Assembly: GCA_030324005.1 (NCBI GenBank)
Contig: JARDVH010000163.1
Span: 59,215,551-59,279,550, forward strand
Direction of reading: 5' to 3'
Length of the DNA: 64,000 bases
DNA from: Negaprion brevirostris
Taxonomy: Eukaryota
Position 1 is the stretch's first letter, and every line of letters starts with the position of its first letter. The translations under genes and the position numbers were made by a program. Of the stretch, positions 39,249-52,196 are shown piece by piece. The notes under the pieces are model-generated. The model did no database searches, had not been told where the DNA came from, and was given only the letters and a program-made list of their open reading frames with translations.

Positions 39249-39290
39249 GTGATGTCACAGGGGTCCACTGAGGGGGCTCCTTGACCTACT
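39054..39290 (-). promoter_or_regulatory. Putative 5'UTR/internal promoter of the short isoform, with a (CA)n/(TG)n tract and a CRE-like TGACATCA
   Basis: Unique sequence directly upstream of the 38888-39053 exon. The CA repeat (~39220-39248) is immediately followed by tgatgtca. Confidence 0.4.
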
Positions 39291-42200
39291 GTTGCACTAG
39301 CCAAGATGATGTACATCTCACATGTACATTTAAAAATCATTAGGATTTTTAAAAAATTTTGAAGAACCTCGTCATAGTTCAGAATTAGGGAAACCAAACC
39401 TATTTTAAACATATATAAGTATATGCAGACACAGACAGCTGTTAATTCTGAACCATTTATGGAGTTTTAAAGTCAGCAAGCGTGCTTTTTGTTGCTTTTT
39501 ACGGGGAGAATGACGAGCGTTTTGATGATATTTAAGCATTGCCCCTGGGAAAGGGATTTTTATCCGGGTATTTTACTGGTGGCATAATGAAATAATATTT
39601 TTTAAAATTTCCTACACTATGGGAAAACATTAGGCTGAAATTAGGAAGCTACTATATATTGGGGGATTACTAATGTGAACTCAGAACTTTATGGCATTCG
39701 AAACTTGGGAGTCTGCAGTAAACTTACACCAAATTTTAAGAGTCTGAATTTTGAAGCAAAAACGGGGACTGTAGTTTTAGTATTTGACTTGCATCAGTAA
39801 CTGGCAACATGGTGATACGACTTAGGCTATTATGTTGAAATACCGATTGGAATTACCCCATCTGGGGGACTAAGTCCTGTGGCGGGGGTGGGAATGTGGA
39901 TCAATTCTTGTAGCAGAGGGTGGTGGAAAAACCCACCAAATTTTCTAGTCCCAAACTCATTAATAACGCAATCAAGTGTATGGCAGCCATATTGGCGGGG
40001 CAGGCCTGATGGCCTGTAGTGCACAGTCCTATTCAGATGCCATAGTGAAAAGGTGCCCAACATCACTAACCCACTAAGAAAGAAAGAAAATGGACCCCCT
40101 GAAAAAACAATGGATTTCCAGGAACAGTCTAAGGCTGGAACGTGGATTCTCTCCAGGACACCAAAGTAGAAAGGTCCACCTGCAGATATTTCCCTTCACC
40201 CACTCCTGCAGTGCTCTGGAGTCAGGGTTGCTGTTGACCTCTGTCCTGAATTTGGAGACAGTTCAGCTATCGTTCAGGTGAGTGCCAGCATCTATCTACA
40301 TGCCATGTTGGTTCAAACATCTTTTGCACCAGCGTGTTTTCCCACTGGCAACACTGGGAATTGGGCATTGGTGGCCAGCGGTCAGACCTCCATCTGAAGC
40401 CCATTAATGGGATGCAAATGAGTTTTACACTGGCCTCGAGTGGGTTTCCCAATCCGTCATAGTGGGCACCAGCAAAAGATGAGGCTGCAAGCTCATGCCG
40501 ACATAAACCAATTTTTAGTCCTCCCATTAAATTCTTAGAATCATAGAATCCAAACAGAAGAAGGAGGTCTTTCAGCCTCTCCAAAAAAAGCACCTTACAC
40601 AGGCCCAACCCCCACACTNNNNNNNNNNNNNNNNNNNNNNNNNNNNNNNNNNNNNNNNNNNNNNNNNNNNNNNNNNNNNNNNNNNNNNNNNNNNNNNNNN
40701 NNNNNNNNNNNNNNNNNNCCACACTATCCCCGTAACCCTGCATATGTACCATGGCCAATCCACCTAACCTGCACATCTTTCTTCCCTGTCCCTGCCTGCC
40801 ATTGAACCTACCAGCATGGGTTTGGGAGAATTCTGCCCACTGTTTCATAATTAAGCGTGGAATTTTATGAACAAAAATTCTAAGTACTGAACGAGTGAAA
40901 AAAATGGGAGAGTTTCAGGGACAATTTTGGGTGAGTTTGAAAATGCAGCTTTATGGCACTTTGTCCAACAGAAAGTACCAGGATGTGATTCTCGCCAGTG
41001 AGGGTGGGGTGGGGGCTGCTGTCTGAGCTCACTGGGGTAACCTGAGCTCTAGGGGCGCCAGTGCACAGGGACCCTGATTTCTCAATGTAAGTTATTGGCT
41101 TCCTTAACGTGGTGTCCCAGGAGAGTATTTTTAATAAAATGAACCCATCAAACCTGTTGCGTGCCTTTGAAGTGAACCTGTTCTGGTCACAAAAGGACCT
41201 GCAGCATTGCATACCTGTCCATCAATAAACAAGTTCACCAGCAACCCCCCCAAAATCCCCCTCCTCCCTCACCACCACAGACATCAGGACCCCCACCCCT
41301 CAGTACAAGGCTAGTAGCGAAAAACCACCCCAACCTTACAACCTCACCTCGCCGAAAGTCCAGAGAGACAAGGTCATAAAATCGTGCCCTAAGGCAGAAA
41401 CTATAAAATCCCAGCATTCTGCCACCACAGGAATCGAAGTGGGCGAGGAGCTCAGCTTGGAACAGTCTGTTGACCTTGGGCAGGATTTTATAGTTCTGTG
41501 AGGAGTGAGTAAAATCACACCCTAAGTGTTTATGTACAGATTTTAATAGGGCTACAGACTGCCGATATGAAGTTGAGTATTAAACCTGATTGTGAAGAGT
41601 TTGTGTCTCACGCTCTAACTCAAATGGAGGCAATGGAGCACAACTGCCTCATCCTGCGCCCATTTAGCCAGGTTGGCTTTTATTCATTTGATCCATACTC
41701 TGAAGGGAGAGAAGAGATGGACAGACCGATTGGTGAATGGAGAAAAAGCAAGAAAGACAGCTTCTCACTTGCTGGAAATGGTAAGGAAAGGGGTGAAAAG
41801 CCAACAGCTATAGTAGTTAGTTATTTTAATCTGGAACCTTGCCTAGTGAAAGAACATCTGTCTATCTCAAGAACATAGTCAGTTAGAATTCATCAGCTGA
41901 TCAGGAAAGTTATGGTGCACACATGTGGGACTAGTATGTTGTATTTAGATAGTTTTATGTATTCTCTGGAGAGAGTCCTTAAGTTAGCTACATAAAGGTG
42001 AAAGTTAATTATTTTAGCATGTCCACTAGCTGTCAATAAATAAAGAAAATTAATAATTTATATTTTTCTGCATCTCACTAAAAATGTTTTAGTCAACCTT
42101 TGAAAATATTGTAAAAGCCCAATTAGGGTAGATGTAATATTCAATTCAGATTACTAGGGTATTATTGTCACACCACTGGGTTATTTGCCTATGTAGTTAG

Positions 42201-42374
42201 ATACTGGGTTGTATAAATACACTTCTTAACATAAGATTGGACCACTTACAGTTAAGTGCTGCTGCATCAATTGTGGCAGACCAGAAACTTTTGACAGTTA
42301 GTCATGGTGATAATAGTTTCCAGTATAATTATGGTCTTAGCAGCTGAATGACAAAGGATCAAGAAAGTACAAAA

Positions 42375-42900
42375 ATCATATGAACATAACATGAGCAGGA
42401 GTCAGCCCTCAAGCCTGCTTCCTTATTCAATAAGGTCATGGCTGATCTGATTGTGACCTGAATCCCGATAACCTTTCATCCCCATGCTAATCAAGAATCT
42501 ATTTAGCTCTGCCATAGAAATATTCAAAGTTTCTGCTTCCATTGCCTTTTGAGGAAGAGAGTTCCAGAGACTCATAACCATCAGACAAAGAATTTTTCCT
42601 AATCTCTGCCTTAAATGTGTGACTCCTTATTTTTAAACAATGATCCTTAGTACTAGATTCTCCAACAAGAGAAAACACTTGCTGTCCCTATATACTAGTC
42701 CTTTGTGATTCATGCTCTAGGTCACCAAATCCTTCGGCACCTCAGAGCTCTGCAATCTCTCATTATTTAGATAATAAGCTTTTTTTTTATTTGTCCTGTC
42801 AAAATGAACAATTTCACATTTTTCCCACATGATACACCATTTACCAGAATTTCGTCCCCTCACTTAACCTATCGATATCCCTTTGTGTCCTTATCTAATG
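42375..42900 (-). mobile_element. CR1 3' fragment
   Basis: catatgaacataacatgagcaggagtc...catggctgatctgattgtgacc, reverse of the CR1 3'UTR. Confidence 0.7.
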
Positions 42901-43423
42901 GGACAGATTGGTTTACTCTTTGGGATATAGGGAAATACAGGAACAGCAAGAAATGTATGGACCTCCTGACAGGCCCCAAGAANNNNNNNNNNNNNNNNNN
43001 NNNNNNNNNNNNNNNNNNNNNNNNNNNNNNNNNNNNNNNNNNNNNNNNNNNNNNNNNNNNNNNNNNNNNNNNNNNNNNNNNNNNNNNNNNNNNNNNNNNN
43101 NNNNNNNNNNNNNNNNNNNNNNNNNNNNNNNNNNNNNTGAGAAAAGGAGAGAGATGACTAGTTGTTAAAGGAAGAGTTTTGGGAAGTTAAAGATTGGGGA
43201 AGGATCAGCAAACAAATGATTCATAAGTAGGCAGCCAGATTGCTCTAGGGTAAGTGGTTCACAATTGTGGATTTGTCTACACAATTTCACACGCACAAGG
43301 TGTCAATTGATTTACTGTGTTGCACCAGCATGTTGATACAACTGAAAATTAATCATACTTTACTGTCAGTATCATCCTGAGCTGCTGATTCAAATGCCTC
43401 TCTAATAGTCTCTTTTGTAAGTT

Positions 43424-43714
43424 CATTAGTGTTACAATTAGGCTTACATTAACACTGTAATGAAGTCACAGTGAAAATCCCCTACTCGCTACACTCCAGC
43501 ACCTGTTTGGGTACAATGAGGGAGAATTTAGCATGGCTAATGCACTTAACCAGCACGTATTTTGGACTGTGGGAGGAAACTGGATCACCCGGAGGAAACC
43601 CACACAGAAACAGGGAGAACGTGCAAGCTCCACACAGCCAGTGACCCAAGCCAGGAATTGAACCTGGGTCCCTGGCGCCGCGAGGCAGCAGTGCTAACCG
43701 CTGTGCCACTGTGC
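43424..43714 (-). mobile_element. V-SINE with tail type B
   Basis: Same head and core as HE1, with the tail of the 810-1090 copy. Partial copies also at ~47490-47606 and ~49950-50265. Confidence 0.85.
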
Positions 43715-43775
43715 CAGATACAAACAAAAGCCGAATTGATAGATGTTTAGTGTCCCACTGCCTGCAGCCAACACT

Positions 43776-43986
43776 GAGTGGAATTTTCCAGCCTTTTCTG
43801 CTGGCAGGATCTTCCAATCTTGCCAAAGGTGATGCCATACAATGCATTTCCCAGCAGAGGGAATGGGTGAGCCACACAAAATGCCATAGACATTCATGGT
43901 ACTGGAAGATCTTGCCAGCAGCCAATGGCAAGCCACCTCCACTGCCAGAAAGCACGCCACAGGGGGGTCCGGAAAACACCCCCCCC
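43776..43986. mobile_element. Harbinger-type MITE (~205-bp family)
   Basis: TIRs gagtggaattttcc / ccggaaaacacccc. Internal ggatcttcc / ggaagatct. Confidence 0.6.
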
Positions 43987-44931
43987 NNNNNNNNNNNNNN
44001 NNNNNNNNNNNNNNNNNNNNNNNNNNNNNNNNNNNNNNNNNNNNNNNNNNNNNNNNNNNNNNNNNNNNNNNNNNNNNNNNNNNNNNTCCTGCCCAACTTC
44101 AGGCTACTCCACATGGACCAAATCAGTCTCTTCAATGGGCTTCCATAAATCAGCAGCTGATAGTCTGGCTTTTAACTTTAATCCTTCGCCATTATCTTCC
44201 AAATTCCAAAACAATGTTGGCAGTGTTTGAAACATGTTTGAATTCTGTCTCAAGGTTTTCCACTTCTTTCTTACACTGCAGCTGTTTAGTGAGCACTTGT
44301 TTGTTTATCTAGCACACAGTGTGTGCTAAAGTAGAGAATTTATTAAGAACCATCCGTGCATCTACATCGCCACACTTCACTGGTCGTAAAGTATTTTGAC
44401 CTTGTGAAAGGCACTATATGAATGCAAATCATTTTATTCCCACCCACATATTATATGCAACAACAGTCGTTTCTTCTCTGTTGGAGAATTCAACATTATA
44501 AACAACACTGAATTAGAATGAAAGACTGACCTGAAGGAGGTGCTGCACTTTTATGAGGACAGCCAGATGTTAACTACTCGCATTTCTGGCCCAGGGGTTT
44601 AATGCCCCTGAGGCAGGCAGCGTGCAAACATCAGAATTTTAATAACTACCATGTTCAGCCAAGAATGAGCCATGCTGTTGGCTGGCTGAATACTTAGTCA
44701 CAGTCCAGCAGCATGAGTGACTAGTGTACTTCAGCCATTCTAGCAGGGAGAATTGGAAAACAGCATGTTATTTAAATGGAGGGGGAGTTGCAGAGCTCTG
44801 TGGTAGGAAGGGAACATGAATTAGAAAAAAATAGTATGCAGTGCAGCAAGTGATCAGAAAGGCAAATGGAATGTTGTCATTTAATGGAAGGGAAATAGAA
44901 TAGAAAAGCAGGGATGTTTTGCTACAGCTGT

Positions 44932-45231
44932 GATGTGGATGTGCCGGCGTTGGACTGGGGTAAACACAGTAAAAAGTCTGACAACACCAGGTTTTAGTCC
45001 AACTGANNNNNNNNNNNNNNNNNNNNNNNNNNNNNNNNNNNNNNNNNNNNNNNNNNNNNNNNNNNNNNNNNNNNNNNNNNNNNNNNNNNNNNNNNNNNNN
45101 NNNNNNTATGCTCTGTCCGAGGCCAGAACTCTCCATTCACCTGACGAAGAGGGAGTCCCCTCGAAAGCTTGTGAGTTTACTATAAAATAAATCAGTTGGA
45201 CTAAAACCTGGTGTTGTCAGACTTTTTACTG
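44932..45231. mobile_element. Short Penelope-like element with inverted termini, inserted in a CR1 LINE (contains a gap)
   Basis: Inverted termini acagtaaaaagtctgacaacaccaggttttagtccaactga / tcagttggactaaaacctggtgttgtcagactttttactgt. 13-bp TSD ttgctacagctgt (44919-44931) and ttgctatagctgt (45232-45244). Confidence 0.8.
45136..45175 (+). ncRNA. Minimal type-I hammerhead ribozyme in a Penelope terminal repeat (intact core)
   Basis: UUCAC-CUGACGA-A-GAGGG(AGUC)CCCUC-GAA-AGCU-U-GUGAG. Stem I UUCAC/GUGAG, core CUGANGA and GAAA, 5-bp stem II, palindromic AGCU stem III. Confidence 0.8.
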
Positions 45232-45642
45232 TTGCTATAGCTGTACAGGACTTTTGGTGAGACCACATTTGTAGGTGCACAGACGGTTCTTAATAAATTT
45301 CACTCTGTGCTAGATAAACCAACAAGCACTCAGAAAACAGCTGCAACATAAGGAGTTTTGGTCTCCTTATTTAAGGAAGGATATGAATGCCTTAGAAGCA
45401 GCTCAGAGAAAGTTTATAACTGGGACGGCTATGGCATGGTGGTGTTGGGGGAGTGGGGCGTGTATTATCTCATAGCGGAAAGTTTCATAGACTGGGCCTG
45501 TGTCCTTTGGAGTTTCAAACAATGAAAGTTGACTCTATTGAAACATATTAAAATCCTGAGGGGTCTTGACAGAGTAGATGATGAGAGGATGTTTTCCCCT
45601 GTTGGAGCAAGCAGAACTGGAGGGACACCGTATAAAAATTAG

Positions 45643-45769
45643 GGCCGAGATACTCCAGCCGTGCTCAGCTGAAAACTGAAGATTCCCGCCCGACTTCATT
45701 GAACCTTTACATGGTTCGTCTCCTGTCCACTAGAATTCCAGTGGCGGGTGGGATGGGAGAATTCCTGCC
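45643..45769. mobile_element. Harbinger/Tourist-type MITE inserted in a CR1 3' end
   Basis: Imperfect TIRs ggccgagatactcc / ggagaattcctgcc with a 3-bp TSD tag. Removing it restores the CR1 motif aaaattag-gagtcctcgatttaaga. Confidence 0.7.
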
Positions 45770-46229
45770 TAGGAGTCCTCGATTTAAGATGGAAATGAGG
45801 AGATTTTTTTTCTCCCCCCAGAGAGTGGTGGAGGCAGGGTCATTGAATAATTTTTAAGGCAGAGGTAGACAGATTCTTGACTAACAAGGGAGTTAGAGAT
45901 TACTGGGGTGGGGAGGAATGTGGAATTGAGGTCACAATCAGATCAGCCATGATGTCATTGAATGGCAGAACAGATTTGAGGGGCAGAATGGCCTTATCCC
46001 ACTCCTAATTTGTAAGTTTGTGCATTAATAGCAACCTACCCCTCCCAAAAGAGAACTACACACATTGCAGAGAAGCTACTGTTGACTGCCCATATCGCAG
46101 GTAGCTGTAAGGAGAAACAGCTCAAATGGAGCCATAAGCCAGAGAGACACAGATTCATGGATGTTGTTCTNNNNNNNNNNNNNNNNNNNNNNNNNNNNNN
46201 NNNNNNNNNNNNNNNNNNNNNNNNNNGTA

Positions 46230-47150
46230 ACTAAGGAACACCCTCCAAAAGAAATGAGAGCAGCTAATCAGTGAGGTCAATTTCCAGGGTCTAGCCCCAA
46301 AGGCCTGGCAGTCTTTGGGGCCAGACTACTATAAGAAATTCAATGATCCTACACCAGTTAACAAGGTTGATGAATACATCTTCAAATGACATCCCTAACC
46401 GACCACAGGAGTAAACGCTGCTCGATGTAACAAACCCCCGTCACTCTTACCCTTCAGCATTCCCTAGCATTCAAAACTCAGTCCTCACATTCAGACACTC
46501 CTGCTCACCCACTCCCATTCAAAGACTGCCAACCTCTCAAACATATCTCTTACAACTTTGGCATGCCTTCTGCTAATCAGTCTTGGCAAGCATGTCATCC
46601 CGGCATGGTGCAACACATTTACTTATACTCTTTCTCTCTCTTGCAGGACTAGTTGGCCAGTAACCACAGAGAGTGAGGTGGATCTGAAAGGATTCAGGTA
46701 AAAGTACGTCACCATATCCTGTTGGAGGAAGCTGTGACAGTGGATCTCGCATCTGCTCCATTGAGGATGATGGTGTGATTGGCCGGTGGGTAGTTTGTAA
46801 AGTCGAATGGACTGGATTTTCTCTAGGATCCCACCCACACTGTCCCAGACACAATTCTGTGGTGGGGTGAGCAAGGCCTCAGGTGGGAAACCCACTTATG
46901 GACATTTTCCTTCCCTCCCTCAATTTTAAGGCTGGCAGGTGCCATTTGGAGATTTTTACAGGTAAACTGCAGGAAATATTGCAAACAAATACACCAAAGA
47001 GATGAGTGCCAAGCAAGCCAGTTAGCCAGTTTGTGAAAATAGTCAGTGGCTCCCAGTAAGCTGTGGGGCACATTTCTCTGCCCTACAAAATAGATGATTA
47101 ACACACAGGAGTTTCGTCCTACCAGCAGGGAACAATTCCTTTATGACATC
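46230..47150 (+). mobile_element. Harbinger Myb/SANT-like gene remnant
   Basis: QLISEVNFQGLAPKAWQ...YYKKFNDP resembles the SANT helix-3 motif (VN...RTW.QCRKKFNDL). It is followed by a C-rich intron and a ttgcag acceptor at ~46646. Confidence 0.55.
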
Positions 47151-48479
47151 CCTTTTGCACAGCCTCTGCTTGTTACAACCATTAATACCAGCCAATAATG
47201 ACAGAGCAAGTGCATTGGGAAAGGAGCTAATAACATGTGAGAGGGAAAGGTAGTATTGTGAGATTCACCAACACAGAAAGTCACACAGTCCCATGTTTAA
47301 TTAAAGCTTCATCAAACTGACCCTTCTTGACATTTCTGGACCAGCTTTCCACACATTAAAACATTCTTCCTCAGGTGAGGCTGTGAAGGTGCCATATACA
47401 GTTGCATTATAAATCATGTCTGGAAATGATCAGGTTGGCTTGTACATGTGCACAGTTTTGAAACTGTTAGAACAATAGCATTGTTGCACTTAAACTAGTT
47501 TATTTATTAGTCACAAATAAAGCTTACAGTAACACTGCAATGAAGTTACTGTGAAATTCCCCTAGTCGCCACAGTCCGATGCCTGTTCAGGTCAATGCAC
47601 CCAATCNNNNNNNNNNNNNNNNNNNNNNNNNNNNNNNNNNNNNNNNNNNNNNNNNNNNNNNNNNNNNNNNNNNNNNNNNNNNNNNNNNNNNNNNNNNNNN
47701 NNNNNNNNNNNNNNNNNNNNNNNNNNNNNNNNNNNNNNNNNNNNNNNNNNNNNNNNNNNNNNNNNTTCAAATTTGCATTGTGCCTTTTTTAACCACAGTA
47801 CCAGCATATATATAGTTGTGACAGCCTCTGTGGAAGCTGCTATCTCTGTGGTGAATTTTTGATCCTTTATTGAAGACTGCATGTTACTACGGCTGTTACT
47901 GCCCTGGAGAAGGAATAGTTAGAAACATAAAAATATTTAATACATTGAGGGTGATAGACACTTCTTACAACCACTGAAAATTGGTCCCGTTCATCAAAAG
48001 AATTGAAGAGTCAATTGAATGAGGTTCGGAGCTGACGTATATTTCAGGCAGGCAGATGCAGCAAGTATATTTCAAACATTAATAACATCCTCAAACTGAC
48101 AATAAATCTCTGACTGTACAACAGCTGCTCTATCCCACCAGCTTCATTGTAAACTTACAAAAATTTTATTAATTTTCTCTTTTAATAGAGTTCAATCTTG
48201 TATTTTCCTGCGCCTTCAATCCATGTTATCTACAGCACTTTGGCATCTTTGTAACTGCAATATATTGTGGAGACAAGAAGGATGGATTTAAATCTATATG
48301 GAATTTGCCTGACACACTCTTAATAGAGTAATAAATGCAGGTATGCTGTGACACTGTACCCATTTATGTACCTTTCCTGAGCCAGAGGTATTTAAAGTCA
48401 GATTCCCTTGTAATTGCATTCCTAGTTTTTTGTGATACTTCACAGAATTTTTCATGGAAGCAGTCTTTGGCGGCGTAGA

Positions 48480-49020
48480 ATTTGAATATTGCTGGAAAGA
48501 GAGACATGTCGCTGAGGCATTTCATCTTGCACTAACCAGGACAAATGCAAGGATGCCAAATTTGAAAGGGTTACAATAACTTATACTATAGGAGGAGAGG
48601 GGAACTGATTCATTGGCAACTTGACTCTGATTGACCGAAGCTTTGCCATGGAGAAAACAACTGGGGGAAATAGGCTCCCAAGCTTCTGGGTAATTCACAA
48701 AAGGCTAAAGATTTGAACATTTTTTTTTATTCTCAGAAAACGGGTTCCTGTGCATGAATACATGTCACTTCCAGCAGGGATAAAGCAGTCACATTACAAA
48801 CTTGACTCATCATCTGAAACTGATTATTCATCTAGCTATTAACACACTCAGAATTGTTCAGCAAGNNNNNNNNNNNNNNNNNNNNNNNNNNNNNNNNNNN
48901 NNNNNNNNNNNNNNNNNNNNNNNNNNNNNNNNNNNNNNNNNNNNNNNNNNNNNNNNNNNNNNNNNCTGATTATTCATCTAGCTATTAACACACTCAGAAT
49001 TGTTCAGCAAGTGCTGTCCA
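48480..49020 (-). mobile_element. Penelope-like element 3' end, endonuclease C-terminus remnant
   Basis: Minus strand reads LLNNSECVNS*MNNQFQMMSQVCNVTALSLLEVTCIHAQEPVF, followed by a terminus with a decayed hammerhead. Confidence 0.6.
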
Positions 49021-52000
49021 ACTTCTCATAAATCCGGATTGGAGGAGTCTCTGACTAAGTCACTGCTTCTAATTTCTACAGTTAAATTTACACAGCATCT
49101 ATAGTCACTGCCGTTTCCCCCCCCAGCTGTACCGTGTAGTCTCACTACCTAAATAAAGGAAAGGAGCTGCCCTTAATTACACCAAACTATAAAGACAGAA
49201 GTAGATGGCATGTCATTGTCTGAATAATCCAGTTTTCTAGTTGATTCGAAGATAGTGTATTTTGATTGAGTAAAGCCTGTTTGAAATGACAACCGTCATG
49301 TCATTTTAAATCTGATAATAATTAAATGAAGAATAATATGATAGGAGCAGATAGGGAATACCAAGGATGATCCGAAGGATGGCCAAGCACAACTGTCTAA
49401 AACAGACAGTATTGCTTTTTGACTATGTTTTAGAGATACTATTACACTTTTGTCCTTAATTTTCCACTGAGTGCTTAGAAACAAAAAAAAAATCACTGAA
49501 TCCCATTAGTTTCTTGCTGTCTGCTTCTTCTATCTTTGTCAAGAGTGAGCCACCTACTGGTGTTTAAGCACCTCATCACTGACAAAATATTTCCTAACAC
49601 AACTGAATCCCAAATTGGAAGCACAACTGGGAACATATTGTTCATCTCTAGACTTCTGTATTTTTGTGACTATGGAATAACCTGTGCCATGTTGCAACTG
49701 TTCCTCTACTCTTTTATTCCAAATTAAAAAGTAGACAGATAATCTGGTGTCATGTTTGATAAAATTATGCTCCTCTGCTACATACAGTTTATGAGTCATG
49801 CAAAGCAACATTTACAAAGAAACATTCATAATTCAATTTTAACATCTTATAATACAGCCAGTGAAATTACTTACTCACAGCTCGAGTGGATTTTTACATG
49901 TGGATGCCAGATTCCCTGGCAAATTGGGAATGCAGGGAAATGCATTATAATAGGTGCTTTGGCCATGCTAAATTCTCCCTCAGTGTACCTGAACAGGTGC
50001 CGGAGTGTGGTGCCTAAGGGATTTTCANNNNNNNNNNNNNNNNNNNNNNNNNNNNNNNNNNNNNNNNNNNNNNNNNNNNNNNNNNNNNNNNNNNNNNNNN
50101 NNNNNNNNNNNNNNNNNNNNNNNNNNNCAGGTTAGGTGAATTGGCCATGCTAAATTCTCCCTCAGTGTACCTGAACAGGTGCCGGAGTGAGGTGACTAGG
50201 GGTTTCTCACAGTAATTTCACTGTAGTGTTAATGCAAGTCTACTTGTGATTAATAAATAAATTTTAATCTTTTATTTTGCTGAGTAACTCATTGAGATCT
50301 GAACAATAGTTTTCAAAAGTCATCCTCTCAGGAAATAACATTTCAGTTACAGTTTGTGAGCCATTTATGACATGACACATGACAAATGTATTATGTTTGG
50401 GAGGGGATTTTTTGATCAATGGTTCCCACAGCTCGCACCGTCCCCACCCGCAAGGGGTTTCCCTTGTGTTGACAGAGACTAGTTGACAGAGGCTGATTCC
50501 TGCTATTAGTCAACAATTCCATTAGGAAAGCCATTCATTCATCCAGAAAAACCATGGTGTGTAGCATCCAGTTTGTTTTTTTATAAGTGATTCCAAGGCT
50601 TTTGCCTTTGTTTGCCTTTTTTGGGAAATTTATTCCATATCTCAGCCACTCTTTATGCAGCGAATATCCAGAAACCGACCCCAAAATTTTCCTCCTGAAG
50701 CTTAACCTGTGTCCCCTTGTATCTTTATCTGTATACCCAAACCTTTATTGTCAAAAGCACTGCAGATTTCAAAAATAATATCAATAAAGTTAATATTGTG
50801 CTCACTTGAAGCTGCCATCTGCTTTCCCATCATCCATAAGGAGTCTTCTCTTCAGGATGAAGTGTTTCCATTATGGTTGTTGCTAATGTAGTTACATTTT
50901 TATTTCCTTTCCCGAGTTTGTCTCCCCTTTAAAGACAGTGAGCCTGAAATTCCAGAGCCTGGGAGGCTCAACAGCAACGGCTGCGCTGAGAAACTGAACC
51001 CAATTCCTTTAGGACTCCCTAAATATAACAATCTCTCACTTCCTTTAATCAGATTTTTTTAATCAGTAAGGAAATCAAGGGTTATGGGAATTAGGTGGGA
51101 AAGTAAAATTGAAGTTTATCACATCAGATCAGTCATGATTGCATTGAATGGAAGCATAGACTCAATTGGCCAAATGGCCTATTTTCGCTCCAATTTCCGA
51201 TGGTGTTATGGTTTAAGAAGCTCACTAAAAACTACCAATTTGTCCAAGTGCTTGGTCGCTGTCCTAATATCTGCTCCTTTGACTTGATGTCTGATTATAT
51301 TTCAAAATGTTCTTAACTACTTTTAAGTTGCTTCATTATTCCTGGTTGTTTTTGTATGTTTGTGTGCTACATGGATACTCTTTTAATGGCCTTTGGTTGT
51401 GAACAGGAACAAGGAATCAGTCTGATTCTATGTCTCGCCATCTAAATCAGGGGCTCCGAAGCCAAAAGCAGTGACAATATCACCCAACTGAGAATAGTGT
51501 CAATGTTCCAATAGATAGAAAACTCCTCAGTCAGTTGTCCCTTGCCCCTGAAGCTATTATAAGTCTGCACGCTCCAACTAACAATCTTTGATTAATCATT
51601 AACTTGGTTTGGAAAAATAATTGCAAACGATCACGAGCAAAATTAGTCATGACTTCAGATGAGAAATTAACCAATATTATGAGGTGAGTGAATCTTTGTC
51701 ACTTTCTAGCTTGAAACATTGTCAGCGTTCACACAAGGTCCACAAGGAATCAGATGAGTCTATTTGCGTTGAGCGAAAAACATATCTGCTGGTCAAGAAT
51801 TGTGAATTGGAAAAATGAGAGCAAATATTTTGTTCCAGTAAACTGTTCGTGGAACTGGTGCCTTTTAAATGTGTCACAAAAATTTCACCACCAATACATA
51901 ACAAATAATTCAAAAATGCCAACACAGCCAATATTGTGATCATTTTCAAAAGAACTTTGTCATAGCTTAAATTGAAAACATCATTCCCTTCCCCTGATCA

Positions 52001-52060
52001 ATAGGTGTGTTACTTATTTGTTCACATTAAAGCAATACAAAATAAACTTGGAGTACATAC

Positions 52061-52196
52061 CAGGAGTTGCTATCCATCGTTTATACCCTATACAGTCGAG
52101 TCCTGTCGGTGTGCTCTGGGACAATGTAAGAAATCTCAGGGGAATGTCTTTGAAGGTAGCAGAGAGAGGTGATAGAAAGGAATATCGCCTTCTGAC
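52061..52196 (-). CDS. ARHGEF4: Asef-family internal exon (136 nt, phase 0-1): VRRRYSFLSPLSATFKDIPLRFLTLSQSTPTGLDCIGYKRWIATP(G)
   Basis: Not in the ORF track; translated by hand. Acceptor tttccctag|GTC and donor CCTG|gtatgt. LSQSTPTGLD matches ARHGEF4 LSQSAPTGLN and SPATA13 FSQSTPIGLD. The phase-1 end is what the next (APC-binding region) exon needs. Confidence 0.9.

Larger units (their letters stand above)
44770..46020 (+). mobile_element. CR1 LINE 3' portion hosting nested Penelope and MITE insertions
   Basis: QVIRKANGML..., SPYLRKDMNALEAAQRKF, and the 3'UTR cagatcagccatgat..gaatggc. Confidence 0.8.

Noticed and set aside
46573-46854. Minus-strand ORF with DPLSQLPPTG resembling Asef PLSQSAPTG
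   Set aside because: The real exon with this motif is 52061-52196. This region lies in a Harbinger remnant.
48815-49011. Direct repeat of about 46 bp either side of an N gap
   Set aside because: Identical gap-flank overlap typical of a scaffolding artefact. The duplicated SINE tail around the gap at 50027-50127 may be similar.
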